From Tubiluchus corallicola (Eukaryota; Animalia; Priapulida), in assembly GCA_030141605.1 (NCBI GenBank), contig JAQGDQ010002197.1, positions 1 to 9,432 on the forward strand: a DNA stretch of 9,432 nucleotides, read 5' to 3'. Shown here piece after piece: positions 1 to 9,035 of the stretch. The translations under genes and the position numbers were made by a program. The notes beneath the pieces were generated by a model that worked only from the letters and a program-made list of their open reading frames with translations, had not been told where the DNA came from and searched no databases. The first letter of the stretch is position 1. Every line of letters begins with the position of its first letter.

Positions 1-50
1 TCCTATCCTATCCTACCCCATTTCCTACCCCATATCCTACCCTATCCTAC
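1..50. repeat. Degenerate (TCCTA/CCCTA)n pentanucleotide microsatellite running off the window start
   Basis: tcctatcctatcctaccccatttcctaccccatatcctaccctatcctac; merges into the transposon copy that follows. Confidence 0.85.
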
Positions 51-595
51 TCCATTTTGAAGTACGGTAAAATGTATACATTTTAACACATTTGATAAGG
101 CCAAAACGTTTTTGACAATTAAATAATAGGCTGAAAACTTAATTAACGAAGGCGAGTCCAATTGTTGATGACGTCGCAAACGAACATAATTTTCAACAGC
201 AAGAATATTCCACGACCGTGTTGAATGTGTTTGCGAAAGCGAAAATCGAGGTGCAGTGCTGTTGAAAACTCGGCACATTTTAAGAAAATTGAAATTTCAA
301 ATTTCCTGCTGTGCTCGCGCATGAGCTCTCGAACGCGTGTATTACGTTACAAACGAACAGCAGTGAACTGAGAGGTACAGCACTTGTTTTTCATTCATCG
401 CCTTTCCGAAGTGCGGACGCTAGTGCCCATCTAAGTAACGAATGGCGAAAAACTAGGTGCGAGAACACGAAATTAGTTTTGCTTGATAATTATTCTTTCA
501 CGTAAGTTATTCTTTAAAAAACGGTATGTTTCCTTTAAATAATTTAAAGAGTAGATTGTTTTGACCTACGGTTTAGGATTGGATCCAGTTTTCCT
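47..595 (+). mobile_element. Non-autonomous DNA transposon (Kolobok-type MITE), copy 1; left terminus not visible
   Basis: Colinear with the reverse complement of 2447-3022 (e.g. 47-68 ctactccattttgaagtacggt vs ctaccctattttcaagtccgat), with a ~23-bp deletion near 260. Ends atccagttttCCT followed by TTAA (596-599). RR...YY termini with a TTAA target are the Kolobok signature. Strand is relative only. Confidence 0.8.
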
Positions 596-678
596 TTAAA
601 ACATACCATCATATGTAGCTAATAATCATAATGATGGTCTGATGCTGTCAACCACATTAAATTTTTTGTCATTTGTGT

Positions 679-680
<2 letters not shown>

Positions 681-748
<68 letters not shown>
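681..748. repeat. (CAAT)17 microsatellite
   Basis: Perfect tetranucleotide array. Confidence 0.97.
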
Positions 749-905
749 TTATTTCGCTCCAGCAATACATATACAATACATCAACATACAATATCATTGA
801 AACAAAAAGAAACAGTATAGGTAAAAAAACGTTGATGAAGTCAAATTAACCAAATAAAAGAGTTGCTGTATGACAGCTTGAAAGCTTTGCTTGTTAAGGT
901 GGCAC
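681..905 (-). mobile_element. Probable 5'-truncated LINE 3'UTR with AATAAA + (ATTG)n tail (CR1/L2-group style)
   Basis: Minus strand reads T/G-rich sequence, then ...ggagcgaAATAAA (748-753) running straight into (attg)n. No RT coding sequence seen; far boundary approximate. Confidence 0.45.
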
Positions 906-907
906 AA

Positions 908-1091
908 ATGAGTGAATGAAAGAATGGTTAGGGTGAGTAGACATGATGGAATAGAAAAAATAGTAAGATTAGGGATAGGAAGAAGGAAGAGAGGAGAGGA
1001 TGAGCAAATGAAAGAATGGTTAGGGTGAGTAGACATGATGGAATGGAAAAAATAGTAAGATTAGAGATAGGAAGAATGAAGGGAGGAGAAG
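908..1091. repeat. Two-copy tandem repeat, 92-bp purine-rich unit
   Basis: atgaaagaatggttagggtgagtagacatgatggaatRgaaaaaatagtaagattagRgataggaagaa starts at both 916 and 1008. Confidence 0.92.
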
Positions 1092-1139
1092 AAAAGAGGA
1101 GGTAACGTGTTATTCATGCACACAAAAGCCAAGCACATT

Positions 1140-1173
1140 AAACAAACAAACAAACAAACAAACAGACAAACAA
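1140..1173. repeat. (AAAC)n microsatellite
   Basis: Six perfect AAAC units, then AGAC AAAC. Confidence 0.9.
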
Positions 1174-1560
1174 GTCCTTTTAACTCAATTTTTTCTTCTC
1201 TTTGCTTTCTCTATAAAAACGGCTTCTTAGCGGAGGTGACTGAAAGGGCAGTTTTCCTTTGTAGTTTGAAGAATGATTCAACTTCCCACGTAGTTTAATT
1301 AGTGATTTGTTAAACAATGGCTGCCTCAGCAGAGGTAATTTACAGTGCAATTAAGCTTACCGTGCAGGCAGACCGGAAATGAGCTAACAAAACCTTTTGT
1401 AGTTGACCGGAAGGAGTTCAAAGTTAGCTTTTAAAGTTTTACCAAAACAAATACGCCAAGATTACTCTGAATGCCGAACTATTTGCAGGTCAGAAAATTC
1501 ATCGTAACACTTTGATAATAATGCTTTAATAAGATAATTATGCGTATGTATGATAGTCTG

Positions 1561-1573
1561 ATATTGTCAACTG
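1561..1573 (+). repeat. Left target-site duplication of the SINE
   Basis: ATATTGTCAACTG, identical to 2087-2099. Confidence 0.9.
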
Positions 1574-2086
1574 TATCGGGGTGCCCACACTAATCACCGA
1601 AGTTAAGCAACGTAGAGCCTGGTTAGTACTTGGATGGGTGACAGCCTAGGAATACCAGGTGCTGTACCAGGATACCCACACTGTATCTCGACACTAGGCG
1701 GAGGAGCTGCACAAGCAGCCAACGGCTAGAGGGCGGAGGAGGTCAAGTGACCCAACGGCCATGTGTAGAGGAGTAAACCTTCCAAATCAGGAGTGGAGCC
1801 CCAAAGGCGGACCAGTGTAGCATGCTCACTGACTCCGGCAGCTCCTGCAGCCAACCTGGTGCCAAACGTATCGCTCCGTTTTCTCTTGGACTACACCATG
1901 GAGGAAGAGAGGGGGTTCCTGTTGTCTGGGCTACTCAGGATCTCCATACACCTTGCCCAGGCGTGCGCCCTGGAGACGTTCAAGAATCGCACTGCTCAGC
2001 TACAGTCGACGCTGCAGCTCCATCAATGTGATCAATACTCTTGGCGCACATTCCATTGTCTTCCGAGACAGAAGGATACCAACCAA
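1574..2086 (+). mobile_element. 5S rRNA-derived SINE (SINE3 type) with bipartite RTE-LINE-derived body and tail
   Basis: GC-rich block in AT-rich flanks bounded by a perfect 13-bp TSD. 5S-like head at 1593-1666. Body carries motifs I recognise from RTE 5'UTRs (ggagccccaaaggcgg, ctggtgccaaacgta, ctccatacaccttgcccagg..gcgccctggag). Frame 3 at 1977-2084 reads RSRIALLSYSRRCSS...GAHSIVFRDRRIPT, like RTE ORF C-termini (SRIGLxSHxRRC...SIVxRDRRMP). 3' stem-loop tgtct-tccg-agaca (2057-2070) and short (ACCA)2 tail. Confidence 0.85.
1593..1666 (+). pseudogene. 5S rRNA-derived segment (3' two-thirds of 5S) serving as SINE head, with Pol III type-1 internal promoter
   Basis: atcaccgaagttaagcaacgtagagcctggttagtacttggatgggtgacagcctaggaataccaggtgctgta closely follows invertebrate 5S rRNA from about nt 42 to 115. 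Box A-like agttaagcaacgt (1601-1613) and box C-like tggatgggtgac (1631-1642). The 5' ~40 nt of 5S and the oligo-T terminator are absent, so it is not a functional 5S gene. Confidence 0.92.
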
Positions 2087-2099
2087 ATATTGTCAACTG
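2087..2099 (+). repeat. Right target-site duplication of the SINE
   Basis: ATATTGTCAACTG, identical to 1561-1573, directly after the ACCAACCA tail. Confidence 0.9.
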
Positions 2100-2167
2100 C
2101 AGTGAATTTTTTTTCTCTATGTACGTATTCTGGTATTCATGTATATATATTAACTGTACATAATTAA

Positions 2168-2222
2168 ACTACTACTACAAGTGCTACTGATACTGTTACT
2201 ATACTGTCACCGCTGCTGCTAC
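2168..2222. repeat. Degenerate (CTA/CTG)n trinucleotide repeat
   Basis: actactactacaagtgctactgatactgttactatactgtcaccgctgctgctac. Confidence 0.6.
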
Positions 2223-2446
2223 ATTCGTAGAGATGTCACGACAGTCATAGATCATTAAATTTGAATCCCCAAGGCCATGTAGGGTCTAAACGACCGATAA
2301 AATGTCAAATACACTCAGTATGCTATTTATCAAAGCGAATTCTATGGTGAAAACACCTGAGCTGAAACAAAATGGCACGCCTAAAACGTGTGTTCGAATC
2401 GTTCCATAAATTTGGAATGTAACGGATTGAATTAGTCTCTTGTTAA

Positions 2447-3048
2447 AGCAAAACCGGAGCCAATCTTAAACTGTAGGTGAAAACAATCTGCTCTTTAAAA
2501 TATTGAAAGGAACATGCTAGTTTTTTCAAAAATGATTTACGTGAAAGAATTATTACCACGCAAACACAATTTCACGTTCGTGCCACTAGTTCTTCGCCAT
2601 TCGCTAGTTAGACGGGCACTGGCGCCTGCATTTCGGAAGCGCATTGCACAAAAAACAGGTGCTGTGCCTCTCAGTTCAGATGTGTTAGTTTGTGACGAAC
2701 TACACGCGTTCGACAATGCATGCGTGAGCACAACGGTAAACTTGAAATTTGAATTTTTATCTTAAAACATGCCCAGTTTTAGTACAACACACTGAATCTC
2801 TTACAGTAGCACTGTACTTCAATTTTCACTTTCACAAACACGTGCAACACGCTCATGGAATATTTTTGCTGCTGAAAATTTTGTTAGTTTGTGATGTCAT
2901 CAATAGTTGGGCTCGCCTGCCGTCAATTAAGTTTTTAAACTATTATTTAATTATCAGAAACGCTTTTGCAGTATTAATTGTGTTAAAATATATGCTTTTT
3001 ATCGGACTTGAAAATAGGGTAGTATGTGAAAAATCATCCTGTCTTCCT
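2447..3048 (-). mobile_element. Non-autonomous DNA transposon (Kolobok-type MITE), copy 2, complete 602 bp, inverted relative to copy 1
   Basis: TTAA (2443-2446) AGcaaaaccggag ... atcctgtcttcCT TTAA (3049-3052): imperfect ~13-bp terminal inverted repeats and TTAA at both ends. Homologous to 47-595 in reverse orientation. No transposase ORF. Confidence 0.85.
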
Positions 3049-3602
3049 TTAAGTTTTTTCTGAATTAATACATTAACTACAAACTACATTAACTTGGATA
3101 ACTGATGCATTAAAAGCGTGGGCATGGACAGCCCTGACAATTAAGACTAAAAGTTGGCAGTAAAAGGAATGTGGGCGGTTTAAGAAACCATAATGCAACA
3201 TCTTCCAGGCACCAAAGATGTAGCTTGAGCTCACACAATCTGTGGAAAACTTAGAAGTCGTTTCTAGAAGAATAATCCTGATGAAATCCGTGAAGAAACG
3301 GCGCACCGAAAGCTTAAAAGCTTTGCTGAAGCCGCATCAATGCATTTCCATCAGCACACTTTTCTTTTAACAAAATTTACGTGGGGCTTCGCGGACTGAT
3401 ACATTTTTTGCGGAAAAGAATCACTGCATTGAATTTGCGGACTTCCATAGATTTATTTTATTTATTTATTTATTAAATTTCATTTATCTTCAAAATAAAA
3501 TGAAACAAAGCCTTCAGTTGCAGGGTACGCATGCGCAACACAAGTACATATTATAAAAATACATATACAATACATATTAAAGCTTAATACATATACACGC
3601 AC

Positions 3603-3606
<4 letters not shown>

Positions 3607-3653
<47 letters not shown>
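3607..3653. repeat. (AT)n microsatellite
   Basis: Perfect dinucleotide run of about 23 units in an AT-rich low-complexity stretch. Confidence 0.97.
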
Positions 3654-3657
<4 letters not shown>

Positions 3658-3862
3658 CGTAGGTCAAAGGTTAAGTGTAGTACAGCAACGCGTCTGAACT
3701 ACAACTGTCACGTGATATGTTTGTGCAGCAAAGTCGTTCGCCACACCAGTTCAGTAACTTTAGTTGTTTTACTTGTACTTTAATTAATTATGCATTAGTG
3801 TGCGCGTAGAGCGATTTACTAGCAGGATCTTGCTTGGGAACAAGCAAAATGAACTAGAAAAG

Positions 3863-3864
<2 letters not shown>

Positions 3865-3913
<49 letters not shown>

Positions 3914-3923
3914 ATCTCTTCTT

Positions 3924-3986
<63 letters not shown>

Positions 3987-3990
3987 TCTC
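3865..3990. repeat. (CT)n microsatellite, slightly interrupted
   Basis: About 126 bp polypyrimidine CT array. Confidence 0.97.
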
Positions 3991-4199
3991 ATGGCATAGA
4001 AAATGGCATAAAAATAACTTAAACTTATTCGATAATGTTCCCTCTGCTGTCAGACTAACACGTCGTAGGCCTAGAGGTCACGTCTGTGTGTAAATTATCA
4101 TTACCCGCTGGAAACGCGCTGAGCTAATGGACAGACAACGTCCGGCAGACAAATGACCATTAAACCGTAATTCGACACCTGAGCGAGTTTTGAAACAAA

Positions 4200-4340
4200 G
4201 ACAAAGGTGACGCAGAGTTTAAGCGCGTGGGCACGTGACCCATCACGTGATCACGGCGAACGAAGCTGGCCGCTGATTCTCGCTGAATCGATCGCGGAGG
4301 AAATCTCGTATTTTGTAGTAACATAGCGTAGACGCGCCAA
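4200..4340. promoter_or_regulatory. CpG-rich patch with paired CACGTG E-boxes (possible cis-regulatory element or transposon interior)
   Basis: gCACGTGac (4231-4239) and atCACGTGat (4242-4251) 12 bp apart, with high local CpG density. No associated exon found. Confidence 0.25.
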
Positions 4341-4889
4341 AAAACAGAAGAAAAAATCAATAGAGGTGACTTTCCGTTCAATGACACACTGAGAAAAATA
4401 TATTTAGTAAAATCCAGGGTCGATAAAAAACGGCTGGAAATGAGAGGTGACTTTCCGTTGAAGAAGCCAGCCAGAAACTGTTAACAGGAAGCCAGGAAAC
4501 GAGACGATACTGTCCCGACGTGCAAGATTTGTAATGCTAGCATTCAATTTACAATAGTCAAGGTTTCTAAAATTTATTTATCTCTTGATTTCGTCTATTT
4601 ATTTCATAAAATTTATTTATTTCGTAACCCTGTATTTATATTTAGTCATGCATTTTTATTTTGTTGTATTTTATTTCATTTTTTGTATTTGTGTTTTATA
4701 TGGTCTTAGTTACGAAAATAAAAATTTGAATTGAATTAATTTTTAAGACGAAATTTTGATGAAAAGGGGGATTTGCTGGATACAGCTGCCAAACTTTTGT
4801 TAATGAATCATTGGGCAATTCTAATAACGTTTTAAGATATTTTTGCACAAATTTCTGATCGTTTTGCTCTGGTTTTGACAAATTCGTTT

Positions 4890-5176
4890 AATTTCAGTTG
4901 AATTGCTTTTGCTTTATAAAATTTTCGCTTTGAGTTTCATTTTGTTTGATATAATTTCTTGCTGTGAGTTAAATTCCGTTTTGCATTGCTTGTGAAAACT
5001 TCCTTTTATTCTGAGTGGAATTACATTTTTGCTTTGAGTAGATTTTTGTTGCTTTTTTGTTTGATGTTATTTTTTGCTCTACATTGAATTTCATTAATTT
5101 TTTGCTTGATGTTATTCCTTGTTTTGCATTTGAATTGCATTTCTGCTTTGAGTTGATTTTTGTTGCTTTTGCCTTT
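4890..5176. repeat. Degenerate T-rich minisatellite-like array (ttttgctttgagttgaatt-like units)
   Basis: Recurrent tttgct/ttgagt/gaatt words; 5018-5056 and 5132-5170 match at 36/39 nt. Confidence 0.65.
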
Positions 5177-5229
5177 TACATATACACAAACACCCAAAAA
5201 ATGTCATGAGCCGGTGAGTAAACTTGTAT

Positions 5230-5366
5230 TTTTAATAAGGGGCAGCTGACCAAGTGACCAATAGGTCTTTCGTTGCTCCTTCTCAGTTGAAATGAAAGGT
5301 AAAAATAATTATGTCGAGTTTTAACTGCTATTCAGAAAATAAAATTGAATTGAATTGAATTGAATT
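5230..5366 (+). mobile_element. Probable LINE 3' end: AATAAA + (ATTGA)4 tail
   Basis: AATAAA at 5338-5343 followed directly by attgaattgaattgaattgaatt. A similar tail lies at 4717-4737. 5' boundary is a guess. Confidence 0.4.
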
Positions 5367-5572
5367 AATTTGCGAGACTTTAAAAATCGAGAAGGGTTCT
5401 GTATTTAGGAGACTCTTCTGACTTTACCACTTTGCGTCCCATGGGATGATAATCATTTTACCAAATGAAAGCCCACATATAAAACTTCCTACTTATCCTT
5501 AACGAACCATCTGTCTGCCTGTGAAAGTTCTGTAGTTACAAGTCTGCAAAACGCTCACTCCTTCTTGACCAT

Positions 5573-6151
5573 CGGTACCACGAACCACTGACCTCCTTCG
5601 ACACCATGAAAAGCATGATCATGAACTGCAGTGTTCGTTTGTGATATCAGTGAGAGGCGGCGTTCATTTTTTTTTCATCACATCAATGTCTTATAACAAT
5701 CTCCGCTTGTAAGCAATAATTACCTCGGATACTCAAATTTCGTTAAACTTTCAAAGCTACGCGCGGCTCAGTGAATCTACTAAGACTGGCAACGGCGCCT
5801 TTTTGTCACGTTCGCGTGGCCGACAAAGAGAAGCGGTACCGTGATAAGCATGATCATGCACTGCCGTGTTAGTTTCTCACGTTATATGACGTACAGCCCA
5901 TTTTTCGTGACATCACGCTTCTAAACAGTACTGTAACACTTATGCAAATGCAAATATAACACTTGACGCGCAGGGAAGACGCCTGCCACTGCACATACTG
6001 TGGTTAGTTTCTGACGTAAGCAATAGCTGCGTTTGGTTGCCGTTTATTAACTTTGTATGGTAATCATTCAAATATTAGAAACAATTGTTAACTTTTATAT
6101 GCAAGAAAATGTTATTTTAGACAATAAATTAAAATGAGATCGAGTTGTCCT
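5573..6151 (-). mobile_element. Third, more distant Kolobok-type non-autonomous element (same orientation as copy 2); left end undefined
   Basis: 6003-6081 (gttagtttctgacgtaagcaatagctgcgtttggttgccgtttattaac...attagaaac) aligns with 2883-2961 (gttagtttgtgatgtcatcaatagttgggctcgcctgccgtcaattaag...atcagaaac). Ends atcgagttgtCCT-TTAA (TTAA 6152-6155). Internal repeat 5607-5640 vs 5842-5875 matches at 30/34. Confidence 0.6.
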
Positions 6152-6724
6152 TTAAAGGATTATTCCTGAAAGTTCGGCAACTGTATCTAGTCATTATCGT
6201 ACATTCCTGTGTCCTTGCTTGTATTGAACGTTATTTCAACGTACTTGACGTGTCCTTCAGCTGTGCGTTGTATTGCCCTTCTCTTACTACGAGATCAAAT
6301 CATCAAACGTTGTTATATCTTTTGCAACTTTTTTGCCGAGTGTTTTGTTGTCTTATTCCTCTTCTTTTTCACAGTTTGTCTTGCTGTTAGCACAGAGGGC
6401 ACTACAGTAAACAGCGGTGCCCTTTCTAGTCATAAAAATAAATAACCGAGAATGTTCGCTTTCCGAACACGGTGCGCCTAATTGGTGAAATATTTCACAG
6501 ATTATGATGAAGGTCGACTTGAAGAACGAGCAAGACATTTAATTGTAATTTGCTTACGTAATACAAATTGCTACCGAGAAAAGGCATTAGGCCAATGCTG
6601 ATGAGTTATTACCTAACCTTGAGGGGCCGTATTTGAATCGTTTTTCATTGTTCTTATGCGCTGGCAATAATCGTAATCGAGAAGTCTGTGTGACAAGGTG
6701 TTCGTTATGGAAGAAAAAGGAGGG

Positions 6725-7372
<648 letters not shown>

Positions 7373-8137
7373 GACACACGGCGAGGGAGAGACCTTGAAA
7401 GAGAAGAGAGATGAGAAAAAGAAAGGAAAGTAGAGAGGAGTGGAGAGGACAGGAGAAGTCGAAAACTAATGTGACTGTGACGTCATATGTTAAATTAATT
7501 CACATGTGGCGTGACAACTAATCAGGGACGCTGATGATCAGTATGCCACCCAGATTCATTAATCCTACCTGCACGAAGCGGTTTATTAATTACCACCATT
7601 TAATAAATTAATAAAATGTCCATTTTAATTCGGTTATTGAACTTTATATTATCACAGGTCATCAACCCGAGAAATGTAGTTCCTGTCCAATGTATCAGTG
7701 CGCCTCCAAGATTTCGAAAATACGTGTCATTTGATTTCTATACGGTCTGGGTGCTATGCTTTTTTCATGTATCACATTTTTTGGCACACGCCGACCAAAT
7801 ACGTAATATAGTATGATCTATATGCATTTATAGACAATTTTAAATGTATGAAATAAATTTATGGCGCATTCGTTGTGCAACTTGTTTCTGAGAGAAGTTG
7901 TCAAGCCGTTCACACGTTGCAACAAGTTGCGAGAGAACACCCTACGTCTGAACGAGCCATTAAACTAAGAAAAATTATCATTATTTTAGACAATGATAAG
8001 GTTTATAAAGATTTATTTGTTTCTGCCATTGTTGCTTGCACATTAGTCATTTTAGGTGCTGCAATTTCCGTCTAAAAGTCAGGTATCAGCGGTGCTGTAA
8101 AAAATAAACTTTACTATCCCAGCGAATTATGCGACCA

Positions 8138-8163
8138 CGCATGCGCACTAGTGACGTCACGTG
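8138..8163. promoter_or_regulatory. Compact motif cluster: NRF1-like CGCATGCGCA, CRE GTGACGTCAC and overlapping E-box CACGTG
   Basis: cgcatgcgca 8138-8147, gtgacgtcac 8151-8160, cacgtg 8158-8163. Motif matches only. Confidence 0.3.
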
Positions 8164-8558
8164 TTCCGTGTCAGCGTTTATTTTTCTCCAGCAATTACCC
8201 ATTTAGGTGATTTTGCGGAACCCTGGTTTTCCTGGGTCATTAAAAGAAAACACAAGGGAAGAAAAACGGGACATTATTGACACGCTATTCAGAGCAGAAC
8301 CACCGAAGGAGACGCTTGGCCTGCGGAGATAATGACCTAGGCTTCCCTTTTGTAAACATTTTCCTGTCATATATTGCAATAACACGTCCAAAGGATGCAT
8401 CAAACGATTACGAATAGCGGGAGCTCATTTGCATAGAAAATGGCGGAGTTTTTGTTCGGTTTCCCCCGGTTTTGAAAGGCCTTGTCTCTTTTGTGACTCT
8501 CTGTATGACCATGCTGTGTAACAGAGAAAAATAGATGTTACGCTGATCAAACAAGTAT

Positions 8559-8968
<410 letters not shown>

Positions 8969-9035
8969 TTCTTACTGCCATTCTCTTTCTGCGTTCTAAC
9001 CACTCTAAGCAAATAATAAAAGCTAATTAAGTAAA

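Noticed and set aside
311-505. 64-aa ORF with a same-length homologue at 2537-2731 (39/64 identical), suggesting a duplicated small gene
   Set aside because: Both lie inside the MITE copies, start at GTG, and differ by many radical substitutions; similarity continues equally outside the ORF, so it reflects DNA-level homology.
928-1025. Telomeric TTAGGG seeds
   Set aside because: Isolated hexamers inside the 92-bp duplication, not a tandem telomeric array.
1593-1666. Functional 5S rRNA gene
   Set aside because: Lacks the 5' ~40 nt and the oligo-T terminator, and is embedded in a TSD-flanked element.
1690-1900. HDV-like ribozyme, known from some RTE 5'UTRs
   Set aside because: I could not build the nested P1/P1.1/P2/P3/P4 pseudoknot by eye; unsupported without a structure-descriptor search.
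1793-2167. 124-aa and 69-aa ORFs in the GC-rich block
   Set aside because: Lie in the SINE body, one reading through the TSD into flank; the only recognisable peptide is in a third frame and is an RTE relic.
3278-3325. Hammerhead ribozyme-like CTGATGA...CGAAAGCTT (Penelope-type); also CTGATGAG near 6598
   Set aside because: Stem I does not pair and stem II is not flush with the core at 3278; the second site lacks a correctly placed GAAA. An Infernal or RNAMotif search would settle it.
4890-5176. CRISPR-like array or coiled-coil ORF in the periodic T-rich region
   Set aside because: No constant repeat with unique spacers, eukaryotic context, and no long open frame; it is a degenerate minisatellite.
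6396-6423. Short inverted repeats agggcac/gtgccct (and gcaacttgtt/aacaagttgc at 7877-7930)
   Set aside because: 7-10 bp stems are near chance expectation or generic MITE debris; no supporting context.
6491-6601. Possible exon after tttcacAG (DYDEGRLEERARHLI...)
   Set aside because: Weak polypyrimidine tract, no convincing donor site, short frame and no recognisable homology.
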